A stretch of 64,000 bases of DNA. It comes from Dimorphilus gyrociliatus. Its lineage: Eukaryota > Animalia > Annelida. The DNA lies in assembly GCA_904063045.1 (NCBI GenBank), contig CAJFCJ010000005.1:1255988-1319987 (forward strand), in the 5' to 3' direction. The translations under genes were made by a program, and so were the position numbers. The notes beneath the pieces were generated by a model that saw only the letters and a list, made by a program, of their open reading frames with translations, was not told the origin of the DNA and did no database searches. Each line of letters begins with the position of its first letter. Position 1 is the first letter of the stretch. Positions 1-11,558 of this stretch are shown piece by piece.

Positions 1-198
1 AATTAGAAACTTAGTTTACAAAATTTGTCAATTTTATAATTTAATTTTGCTTTTTTCTACAAGATTTATCTTCTTCTGTTATGGAAATAACAACCATAGT
101 TTCAATTTCTACCAATCAAGATATTACGATAAAAGAGAAAGGTCAATTCTTAGCAATATTAGGAGCAACTATATTGGTAAATGTCTAATTTTCTGTAG

Positions 199-624
199 TA
201 TGCACTTGAAAGCTATCTCCCTCTCCAGATTTCGTCAACAACGGTCTATAAAAATTTAAGCGCGACGTTTTCCGAGAAGCATCTCTTGATAATTTCAATT
301 GTAGGCTCCATTATATCGCAGACTGCCTTGGTAAATATCCTCCTTTAGATGTATTTGTTTAGTAATATTATGTTCAATTCACTACAGATACTCTATTCTA
401 ATATTTTACTGATGATAGCAATTGTATGCAGCAGTCAAATAACTCATTTACTCACACAACAAGATCATAATATGAGACATGGTTTTTTCCAAATGCAGTG
501 GATTATAAAAATTATATCTTCAATGATTGCCACCTTTTTACTCTCTTTCAACAATGAGATGTACACTGGACTCTTTGGTCTGTCAGTGAACACCCTGGCC
601 CTGATAAAACTTCTCCAATATTAG
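199..624 (+). CDS. 3' end of a probable multi-pass membrane protein (MFS-like?), partial
   Basis: Putative exons 199-330 (YALESYLPLQ...IISQTAL) and 388-624 (ILYSNILLMIAIVCSSQ...LIKLLQY*) join in frame across a 57-nt GT-AG intron and give several hydrophobic stretches. Linkage to the upstream open frame at ~64-176 is unresolved. Family not recognised. Confidence 0.35.
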
Positions 625-1365
625 AAAAGCATGTGGAATCTAGGAAAAGCTTCAAAGAATCTTTAATCCAGTAGGTGGCAGAAAATGCCACAATGTTAAA
701 GGATTGTATCAATGAACTAAGTTATTTGTTATTGAAGCAAGACATGTATCGTCAACCTTAAACAATACACAGAGCAGAAGTTTTACTTAAAAAAAAAGTA
801 ATATCATAAACAAATGATAATCAATTTCCACTATATGGAAGAAATCCCCACGGTCGACATTTTCTTTTACAAACAAAAGCCTATAAAAGGTAATTGACTA
901 TATTAGACCGAAATAAAAACTCCGTAGATGCAATTCAGTGCTATAAAAAATAATAAGACATGATTTTTAAAAGTCCATTGAGTGAATTATAAATCAAAGA
1001 ATAAGTTTCCACTTATTGAAACAAAGAAATTGAAAAAGTATATTCCATATTATTCACAGACGTTTTGCGGTGAAAATATTATTTTTATAAAATAAGTATC
1101 AGCTATGTATAACGATTTAAAAGAAAAATGCATAATATTAAAATGGACACCATATATGTAGATTATTCATTGACTAGTGTTGTTTGAACAAAAAAAATTT
1201 TAATCAGGGAAATGGTATCAGTGATATGATGCTGTTATTTAGAGAATAATCGAAAAGAACTATTTTTACTGGTATGTATTAGAGAGTAAAGGAAATTTCT
1301 TATAACTACATGTTCGAATTGGTAAATCCATGTGTAATGTTCTTTTTGGAACTTAGTAATGTTAA

Positions 1366-2142
1366 TTATCCCATTCGAAGCATAGACATAGCACCTCTCT
1401 TTCCCATTCGAAGCATAGACATATGCCTTTTATTGTCCGAATCGTCTCTTGATGAAAATCTTTTATTTGGAACATTTCTTCCCATTCTAAGCATCGACAT
1501 CATTCTCTTTTCTAGTTCTGGTGAATCTCTTTTACCCATTCTCAACATGCTCCTTTTACCCATTCTCAGATCACTCATTCCTCTCCCCATACGAAGCATT
1601 ATGTTTTTCTCATCATCATCGTCGGTAAAGTCTGTTTCTCTTTTACCCATTCTCAGCATAGCGGCTCTTTTATTATTACTATTCTCTTCTTCTCTTCTAT
1701 CTAAATATTCTAGGTATTTTCCGATTCTTGGCAAGGGAGGAAGAAAATTTGATGACGACTCATCAGCGAAAGAAGAAACAGCATCTCGTTTACCCATTCT
1801 TAGCATAGCCAAGTCCTTTTTCGCGATTTTCTCGCCTGGTTAATATGCAGAAAATTGTAATGATTTATCACTTAAATCGTAATTTTCCGATAAAATTTAC
1901 GGAATTAAATAAAATATGTATTTTGCTGGCAAAACAGAATTTACTTACATTTCCCTAAAGTAAACAATAAGCTTTTTACACTGGTATATTTTATTATTAA
2001 AAATAATTTTTTACAATTTTCGCGAAGCGGAATAACTAAATTTCATCGTTTAATAAACTTTCACATACTTTATGTTATTTAAAAGAAACTTACATGTTGA
2101 AACAGTAATAAGGAGGAAGCAAATGAAAAGTTTCATATTCAT
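1366..2142 (-). CDS. Myomodulin neuropeptide precursor (MLRMamide peptides plus one LPRIamide)
   Basis: Exon 2142-2094 encodes a signal peptide (MNMKLFICFLLITVST) with a gtaagt donor. Main exon 1835-1366 encodes DLAMLRM, AAMLRM, NIMLRM, GMSDLRM, SMLRM, MMSMLRM, HMSMLRM, GAMSMLRM and ..FLPPLPRI. Each is followed by an amidation Gly and a basic cleavage site (GKR/GR/GK), except the last, which ends G-stop. Confidence 0.95.
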
Positions 2143-2180
2143 CCTTCAGCGCGGTTTGCTCGAAAAGAAAATGATCTAGC

Positions 2181-2188
2181 TTTATATA
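2181..2188 (-). promoter_or_regulatory. TATA box of the myomodulin gene
   Basis: TATATAAA on the minus strand ~40 bp upstream of the ATG at 2142. Confidence 0.5.
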
Positions 2189-3929
2189 CTGCCACCTTAT
2201 CAGCATAATTGAAATATTCATTTACTGCTCGACTATGCTACCGCCTACGATCTGGGACAAAAACGTTTGCTTAGGGATAGCAGAATGTTTAATTTATTTT
2301 TTATATGGATTATATCTTATTAACATGATTGAAACAGTTGTAAACTTTCAATATAGAAGAGAGTTTGTCACCTGAAAAAGTTGCAGTTTTCTTGGACAAT
2401 AAATAAAAATTTAAGTAAAAGTAAAAATTATTAACAAACAATATGGTACACTAACTGCCGCTTTATAAAAATATTTTCCACTGTAATGTTTCCACTCTAA
2501 TAAGCTCCATCAATCAAAAACGAAAGGATTATAGAATTATTGCGGTTTATCTGCATATTACACTTTCACATTAATGTGACGAAAAGAAAATAAACGACTG
2601 TTAGATTTATAAGATTTTGCTTCGGAAATACAAAAAAGTTTCGACGTCTCCTCAATTGAAAATTGATCAAATATTCTCGGTTTTATGGTTATCGTAGCCT
2701 TTTTAATACGCCAAAATAACTAACCATAATTTTATTTGAAATTTTTTCCGGTCAACCGGAACACATTTTCTCTCGCTTCCGTATTTGACGATGTACCTAG
2801 TCACGATACAGTTGAAGAAGGATTTCTTCAACGGTCTTTCTTCCAACTACCAGTTTTATGCAAGCTTTGTAAAGTAGAGTTAGCTTTTTTGAAATTTTTC
2901 AATTCGAAGTCTCTTTTACCAATGTGATAATTCGGTTAATAGCTTGTTAACGACTTATCTTAAAGAGTGTCATTAAACCAATCATTTAATTTTTTTAAAT
3001 TCTATTAATAGAATAAGCATCTTAAATCTTTAAGAAGCATCTCGTTTAATTGAAGAAAAATGTTTCTTTTATGTATATAGATTAGTATATATAAATGAAT
3101 TATACTAGCTTCTTTACTCTACGAATCTAAAATAAAATATTTGCAATATCCATATATTTAATAATTTAGGATTTATAATTTTTTCGGAAAGTAAAAAAAA
3201 TACGTATGGCATAAAAAAATTAAACAGTTTTATTCACACATTTCTATACACTGTATGTACATTATAAATATCATATATTAAATAATACTCTCAACAAATA
3301 ATGAACCTGTTATACGTAATATTCTGAATATTATATGAAAATTATACAGAAAAAACATGTACTTGTCATAGTTCATATCTGTGTATTATTTCTTAACACA
3401 ATGTATTACGCGAATGAAGACGGTTTGAATAATGTCCCAATCATTGTCTCGAATGCGGTCAACCGTATAATTACAGTTCGCCGTATTTAGTCACTATTCT
3501 TTACCAATTTCTGCTATAAATCCTTTATAAAGTGATAATGGATCATTAAAGATTTGGTCATAATATTTTTAATAGTTCGTTCAAAATACGTGCTTCATTA
3601 TTAGTATGAATGCTAAAAATACATATAAAAAACAACATATTAAATTTCTTACTCTTTCTCAACGTAATTTAACATGTCATTCATTTTATTGTGTTTAAAA
3701 ATTAGATTCCTTCTTATTCTCTACCCTCGTTAAAAATATAGATATTATAATAGTTATGTGCTTTATATTGTCATCAAGACAAAATTTGAAATAATATAAA
3801 TGCTCATTAGTTGCTAAATTTATATCAAAATTGTCTCAATGATGGATGTGATGGAAACAACATAAGTCTAATTATGGAGTTAAATAGCTTTCAAAATTAA
3901 TACGCACTTCACATATGACATCTTCATAA

Positions 3930-3932
<3 letters not shown>

Positions 3933-3980
<48 letters not shown>
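3933..3980. repeat. (AT)n microsatellite
   Basis: About 24 uninterrupted AT units. Confidence 0.97.
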
Positions 3981-3983
<3 letters not shown>

Positions 3984-5446
3984 TATATATATTTGATTTA
4001 TATTTACATACATATATATGGCATATCAAAATTTAATTAAACTAATAAACAGTGTTGCTAAAAGATAATATAACAAAAGAATATAATGCAAAAATATAAA
4101 GATTGCTTCATCGTTCGATGTAGATTGTGTACATCAGTCATAATGCCTTATTGCATCATCCACGGCTTGTAGTTAAACCAGAATTGACCATCTAACCAAT
4201 GGGTTGAGATTAAGACATTTATGTCACAAAGTAGTATTTAGATCTTGTTTTGTGTGCCGCATAAAGAAAATTTTCAGTCATTCAATCGATACGGATTTCA
4301 CAAATAAAACAACTTTATTTGATCGTCTTTTAGATTATAATAGAGGGGCTTACAAACTACAACATCAATGATGCCAAGGTTAACGATACAGAGCTATTCC
4401 GCAAAACAAATAATTACTATAAACGCCTTAAACGATTCTCCAATTTATACTTATGATATAAAAAAGAGATTAGCTTTCTGTGCCTTTTTTCAAATTTTTA
4501 TGAATAGCGATTCTCTGGTAGTTTATTGCCTACCGGTAGATGGCGTCAACAGCCGGACGGAAACTTTGGTAACTAAATACTTGATGTGTCTATTTGAAGT
4601 CAAAATTTAAACCTGCAAGAAATCGTATCCGTGCTATAATTGAAACGTTTCACTCAAACTATATCATTAGTGTTTTTTTTAAACAACACATCACAAACCT
4701 GACTTATCATTAATAATTAAATAGAAAGAAATGCAATTAATACTTTCAAGATCCACAGTTCTTCTAAAAATTTCCCTTTTTAGCACAATTATTTAAATGA
4801 ATAGAGAAAAAAACGTTCAATAGTCTAGCAGTGACAAACTGTCGGAAAATTTCTGTAAAGTATATTCTATACTCGCGAAATTATCTAATTTGTTGAAGAT
4901 ACTCTTGAAATAATAAAAATCACCTCGAACTCCTTTCTATTCTTTAAGAATTGTTCTTTGGAACAATCTTTCTTAACTTTTAAAGATTTTGCATTGGGGG
5001 AACAAATTCTCATAGTGCTACTGCTCGATGAAGCTCTGCAATAGTTCTTGGCGCTTTTATGTGAATTTACGACTACCCTAATCGTTGTTGCAGGTGCGAG
5101 ATTCAGCTAGACGCTTTTTTATTTTATAGATTGTGTTTTTCGTGAAAATGCAATAGGTAACTGTCTTTAATTTGGGTCTAATTAAGTAGAAACTTTTCTA
5201 CATATATGACCAAAAATTCATCAATTTCCAAGTATAAAATATCACTATTTATTTTTTGTTTACAAATCGATATATATTTGTACAACTGAATATATATTTT
5301 TAACGTGCATGTAATAGAATATACATGTACGTAAACACTTACGAGACTGTCGAGTTTCCACCAGTTGCGACAATTTGTCAATGTCTGTAGCGCTCGAGTT
5401 GTTTGTCATTGTTGATTTATCGTAGATTTAAAAAAGTCAATTCGCT

Positions 5447-5785
5447 TCAGTTTGACCCATACATACAGCTAGACGCTGAAAACGAATCGAAAGAAGAAAC
5501 AGACGTCGTTGAGTTGCGATATTTTGCTGCAGTCATGCAGAACGTGCAAATAGGCCTGGAAGAATCAGCTTCTGACGAGCAACAGGGTTGTTCTATGCCG
5601 GCCACTAAAACTGCCTGAAGGTGAGAGATGTAACTGGTTGCAAGCCTCAAGATTTCTATTTTAGATAATTTTCGGTCGGCAGGTTCGGTAGGAATGTGAC
5701 ATCGAAGAACATCAAAAGCCGAATTTACACTATGTGTCCTGTCTCTTTCTCTTGCATTGGCGGTTGTTTTCGGTGGGTTTGGCAT
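5447..5785 (-). CDS. TCF15: Paraxis/scleraxis-family bHLH transcription factor
   Basis: [16 protein letters not shown]...[26 protein letters not shown] is the diagnostic paraxis/scleraxis bHLH. Single coding exon of 112 aa. Confidence 0.93.
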   Translation of the reverse strand: MPNPPKTTANARERDRTHSVNSAFDVLRCHIPTEPADRKLSKIEILRLATSYISHLQAVLVAGIEQPCCSSEADSSRPICTFCMTAAKYRNSTTSVSSFDSFSASSCMYGSN

Positions 5786-6205
5786 GTTTGTAGGAAGAAG
5801 TTTGGTTGACGAATGGGCAGGAACGGAGCTGTCAGCGCCACCGCCTAAACTAAACAGCGTAAATGACGCGCACGTGGTGCCGAATGATTACCAATCGCTT
5901 TATTCTCTCATCGGCCAACTAGGTCTGTGCCCATAGATCACACGTGCATCGATAATAATACCGTCTTACCACAACTTTGATGTTTTTGTCTTGCTTCTAA
6001 ATTTATTATCTACTTTTTTCTTTTAATTTCACCGAGGTGTAATGTGATCTATGGAACGTGATTTATTACGACCTTTCCTTATTAACTTCGATTCAATTTT
6101 TCCTAAACATGAAAATAACCTAGGGTTATAGTGGTTTTCTTAAACTCGAATAGTCAACGACAAGCAGTGTAAATTTTCAATTTTATGAAAACTTTTTTAA
6201 AAGTT

Positions 6206-6259
6206 CCACTAGATGGCACATTTTAATTACAATTTAAAACATTATCCACAAGATGGCAC
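6206..6259 (+). promoter_or_regulatory. Two tandem CTCF-like motifs
   Basis: CCACTAGATGGCAC (6206-6219) and CCACAAGATGGCAC (6246-6259), same orientation, 40 bp apart. They match the CTCF core CCASYAGRKGGCRS with 0 and 1 mismatch. Confidence 0.55.
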
Positions 6260-7694
6260 TGTTTAACGGACGGAGGTGACCTCTAAATGTGCCACAACTT
6301 TTTAATTCTAAACTTCATGTTTAATTAAACAGTACAAATTTTGGATCTGCTTGTATTATCTTTGTAAAAGTATAAATTTATAGATATAAACTGTCGAATA
6401 AAATTTAGTATGTAAAACCTCAACTGTAACTAATCAAGCAAAGTTTGAAACGATTAGCTTTGCTTAACTTTTTTCAGATTGCCAGGTTTAAAATATATGT
6501 AGCAGTTTATTCGAAAAGAATTTAAATCAGAAGTCAAATGCAGTAAATAATTTGAGGTTACTATTTTTTCAAAATTGATGATCCTTCTGCAGTTTATTTT
6601 TTCACTTAAAATTAAATAGTATTAATTATTCAAACAAGATTAATTAGGTATTTCGAGTTGTATAGTTTGTTATTTTTATTTATACGAAAAATATAGCAGA
6701 ATTTCCTGGTTGTTTAAGACTTGGACTCAATCCTTAGTATGAATTAAACAAATTCTAAAGATGTTCTTTCGTGATTTTGTATAATTTTATTTTTTATAGA
6801 TTGCTCAGGCTGTTATAACTTGTCAACAAAAAGTACATGTTAATTATCGGAGTTTGATCTTGTTGATAATTAGTACCTAAAATTTTATCTAAAATATTTT
6901 TGAAATGTTATAGTGAAAATATTTATAAAGTTATAAATATTAAATTAATTTTAAGTTAACATTTAATAAATTTAATAATTAATTAATAATATTAAATAAG
7001 TATAATTCAAACAGATTGTATATGAGGAATACCTTTTTGCTCCTACCGAAATCGAATAGTGATAACTGCGCCATCTTACTCATTTCTATGAATATGATAT
7101 GTTATAATACTTGTAAAAACAGAGTTATTTAAAATTACCCTAAACTAACAACTTTAAATCTGTGTTATTTTGAAAACTTCAAAGCCCGCACTAAGCCGCT
7201 AATGAACGCACATGATAAGATAAGCTGGATAAGAGAAATTGATGAGATGTTTCGATGAATGGCTAATGAAAAAAAGTTGTCACTCTGGTTTTCATAGACG
7301 AGGGTAGCTTTATTCATTAAACACGTTGGAAATTAAACAACAATTATCCCATCATTACTGACACTCTACTTTCACCTGGGCCACCACGTGTAGTAGTTAT
7401 GCAATTTGCTCAATCTGAACTAATGAGGAATTGTCTAGCTCCTTACTTATCCAAGTTTGAAACTCGTCTGACACCTGCATTTCGACGCGTACTCCAACAC
7501 CTATTCTATTTGCTAATTATCTGGAAATCGTATCGGCGTTCTCTGTACGCGACCAGTTATATATAGCATGACGCATCTGTCAACTCCGATTTCTGATATT
7601 ATCTTTCCTTTATCGTGTTACGTCCCTGCAGATCACCCAAACAAAGTTCTTTAACCAAACTTTCTTTTTATTTATATTTGTTATGCAACTACTT

Positions 7695-8470
7695 TTATAA
7701 ACAAGAACAAACAGTTTTATGTTTAGTTAATAAAGACATTCTTGAAAAAGTTTTTGAGCATGAACATGAATATTTCTTGGCATTAGAGTGTGTTTGAATA
7801 TGAGCTCTCAAATTTGAACGGTCAGCAAAAGCTCTCCCACATGTACTGCAACTAAATGGCTTTTCTCCTGTATGAGTCCGTATATGTCCTTGTAATAACC
7901 AAGGCCTTGAAAAAGCTTTTCCGCAAAATGGACATTTACAAGGAAGAGTATGAGTTCGAACATGCATTTTTAAGGCCCCAACAGTGGAATAGCTCTTTTT
8001 GCATTGATTGCATTTATATTCCGGTTTTCCAAAATAAGCTTGACAATGAAATTGCTTGTGCTTAAAAAGTCCATTGTAAGTGGCATAAACCTTGTTACAA
8101 GCATCGCAAGAATACTTCGGTGAGACTTGTATTGGTGATTCTAGCAGAGAAGGAGTTCGACGATAAAGTGGTTGCGACAATTGGTGATATGGATTCGGAA
8201 AAAAACTAAATCTTGATATATTCCAGCAATTAGTCCATATTTCTTGTGGTTTTGCTATGTTTTCGAAATTTGGTTTAGAAGAAGTCATTTCACATTTTGG
8301 ATCTAAAATATAGTTATTGAATATTATCCAAGTTATAGACGTAAGTACAAAAGCTACTTACAACATACTCTAGTTTTGCTATCCTCATCTGTGGAAACGA
8401 CATCAATATATTCTTCATCTTCTGCAATGTCTTCATTAAGGATCCTTTTAATTAGAAACGCTTCCGACAT
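7695..8470 (-). CDS. snail: Snail-family C2H2 zinc-finger repressor (Snail/Slug/escargot type, 5 fingers)
   Basis: Exon 1 8470-8362 ([11 protein letters not shown]...), 59-nt gtaagt..ttag intron, exon 2 8302-7695. Fingers include [40 protein letters not shown] and [14 protein letters not shown]. Finger 1 (KHKQFHC) is Snail/escargot-like, not scratch-like. Confidence 0.96.
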
Positions 8471-9970
8471 ATCGCCAGAACAATCTGATAACTTCAAGAA
8501 AATTTATTCATTTAAAGCAAAACTAGGTAACCAATCAGTAGTAAGATTCCATACATAACCAACCAATCAGCTTCAAGAACACCCTGCGGCCCACCTGTTA
8601 CATAATCTTCTCATCTCTTTTCCGAGTCAATGTTTGTGCTTTTTAGATCAGATTTTTTTGGGGGACTTTAAATTCCCTTTCCCGTCATTTTTACTTGTTA
8701 AAGGTAACTATTTCACATGAGCTACTTATTATCAAACATGCGCTTAATTTTCTCTTTGACTTAACTAAATCTTTCCTTAGCAGACCCTGTATCCCTTTGA
8801 AGTCAGACATAATAAATTCTTTTGATAGACACTTGATAAGCAGCGACAGTTGCATACGACAACCTTTAAAAGTGCGCACGTGCCTGAAAGTCCCACGCCT
8901 TTCACATTCGCAAGTGATTCATTAGGTAGGGTTTCCAAAAAGTCATGGAACTGTTCTCTTTGCTTCTTAATGCTATTACCATTCACTCCGTGTGAAAATC
9001 TTCTTTTTTACTTTCTTAGTGGCGACTATCATACAAAATTTTACGATTTATATGAGACAATTATATAATCAGAAATGTAACATGGTTAACACTTGCCGTA
9101 AAAAATTGGTAATGCCATCTTGGGTCACGCTGAGCCGTATAATTGCTTACAACACAATTACTGCTAATTTTAAAAGTCATTGTAAACTTCTATTATTTCA
9201 TTTTAATTTATAACTGCTATAGGAAACATCTAAAGTATTACCGGTAACGTATAACCGAAATATTTTCATTAACAGGGTAAACATATTGTATAAATACATG
9301 AAAAGGTCGTCAGAAGTATAAGCTCGTGACAGCTTTACATGATGCTCAGCCACAGCTGACAAACTTCAAAGACAACAGGTGCGGCCATCTTAAATGCCAA
9401 TTAAACGTTTGCTCTTTGATCTATTTATATTTTGCACGAGCATTTGTGGACGTTTATTCTTAGAGAACGTATAAATATTTATGAACAATAAATCGTATTA
9501 TATATAATTTGGCAACACATTGATATAAATACAGCAACACAAATATTTTTAATTTAGAAATTTTACTGTACATTTCGCGAGTTTTGATGAGCAGACTATT
9601 ATCAATAGTGTTATAAAAAACTATACTGCTTACATCTCAGAAATTCAGTACGATAGTTATACAAAAACTGTCAGCATTATAGTTTCCCTTATTGTTATAA
9701 TTGTTTTAACGAAACTAAGTACACTCTAAAAACAATGTTTATGACATTGATAATGATTGTATGTAACTGCGAATTGTTCGATTTTCATCGCCATTCAAAT
9801 TTCTGCAATTCCGCGTCAATAATGTTCGAATCAACTACCAGTTTTCATTGCGTTACCAAAAAATATTTTACCGTTGATCTGCAATACCATTCTCGTCGGC
9901 ACCTTTTTTTATAAACCCTGATCGTATTATATTTCGTTTGATCAATTATATTCTATAATAATCATTCTAC

Positions 9971-10884
9971 ATGGATATACTGAATAAGACATTTCCGCTC
10001 CATTATGCAAGTATGATGGGCGATGATCGGTGCTTGTCGGCGTTACTTAGACGCGGTGAAAATGGCGTCTATATTGAAGATGACATTAATGGATGGACTC
10101 CTGTTCACTATGCGTCTTTCTATGGACAGGTAATTTTAGATTAATAAATTTAGTTGAGTGAAAAGTCTCTGAAAGATTTATAATAAATATTCAATTTACA
10201 GTTAGAATGTCTTATGATACTTCATAGTCATGGAACACATCACGACAGCCCAACAATTAGACTTAGACAAACTCCTGCTCATATGGCTTCTCTCTCTGGC
10301 AAGATCTCCTGCCTAAAGTGGCTCCTGGGTCTGGGAATAGCAATTAACAGAGAGGTTAGATAAAGAGAAAAGATCAAATTGAAGCTTATCACCTGAGATA
10401 AGAGATTGATTTCTGATACGTGCTTGGAGAAATGAACATTTTAAATACTATTAAAATTCTTACAAGTGTGTCTCAATAGTTTAGAATGTTTTTTTTTCAT
10501 AGGACTACCTGAGTGAAACTGTCCTTCATAAAGTTGCTCGAGGAGGAAATACAGAGTGCGCCATGTTTTTAATTTCTCAAGGAGCAGATAGATCGTACGT
10601 ATTTCTGCATTATTATTTTTTTTCTTTGAATTTCATAGAGAAATCTTAATAGATTGCGTAATAGCGCTGGATTGACACCTGCAGAGTTAGCTGCAAACAT
10701 GAACCACCAGGAATGTTTTATGGTCTTGGACCAATGTGACACTGATGTTAACGATATATATATGGAGAGAGATTTTCAATCTCGGAAAAGAAAGAAGTAT
10801 ACTGATTTCTTGTACACAGGTTTTAATGAATTTATCAAAAGGTCAAAAATAGATCTCCCATCTGACAGTGAGTTGTTCGTTTAA
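9971..10884 (+). CDS. Ankyrin-repeat protein, ANKRD10/ANKRD37-like
   Basis: Exons 9971-10129, 10202-10354, 10503-10594, 10653-10884 join in frame. Ankyrin motifs GWTPVHYA, QTPAHMA, ETVLHKVA, GLTPAELA, then an RKRKK basic (NLS-like) tail. Confidence 0.85.
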
Positions 10885-11558
10885 AAGTTACACACTTTTT
10901 AAGTTCTTTTTGGCTACTTTAGATTCAAATCCTTCTCAACTTGACAGTTTCAATAGAGTCCTTCTTCCTTCTGATAATAAGGATTTATGGGAGGAGAGAG
11001 ATGATTTCGGAGCTGTTTTCTTCTGAATATATTTTCCAGCTGATCTCTAAGTTTAATGTGAGGAATAGTCAAAAATGCCATTTTGCTAAAAAGGACCAGA
11101 TTAAAGAGCAATCAAAACTACTAAATTAAATCTAAAAGTCAAAGCAGTTGTCTTTTGTGTTATGTTGTCTGTTAGAAGTGATGGTTATTCGAGAGTTAGT
11201 TTTAGCACGTGAGTCACACACTAGGAATTTTTCACCGTGAAATTTAGTCCACAAAAAGTTTGGAATAAATTATATTTTACAAGAGGAATTGATTTCAGTC
11301 TGTATAATGAAGCCCGCCAACAGTATGAATTTTAATACTTTATCAATTTATCGCTCAAATCTTATCAGCTGTTTAAAAACAAGAATTACTTATTTTTTTT
11401 TTATCAAAAAGTACCAAATTCGATACAATATGCTATGCATATAAAATGTCTCTGTCACAGGCTATAGGTTTTCTATTAAATCTTACTCATTCAAAGCCTG
11501 AGTCCAGTACTCTATAAATTATTCAGTGCGGTGCTATTTAATTTTTACCTAAACAAGT

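Noticed and set aside
1310-1843. 177-aa plus-strand ORF with LPILS/PIRS repeats
   Set aside because: Antisense shadow of the repetitive myomodulin precursor; the repeats are the reverse complement of MLRMGKR codons.
2736-2940. GC-richer patch with a 63-aa ORF, small hairpins (GTTGAAGAA/TTCTTCAAC, TTCCGG/CCGGAA) and an HIGKR neuropeptide-like motif on the minus strand
   Set aside because: The HIGKR frame is bounded by stops with no signal peptide or usable splice sites. The hairpins are too short to call an RNA or a transposon end.
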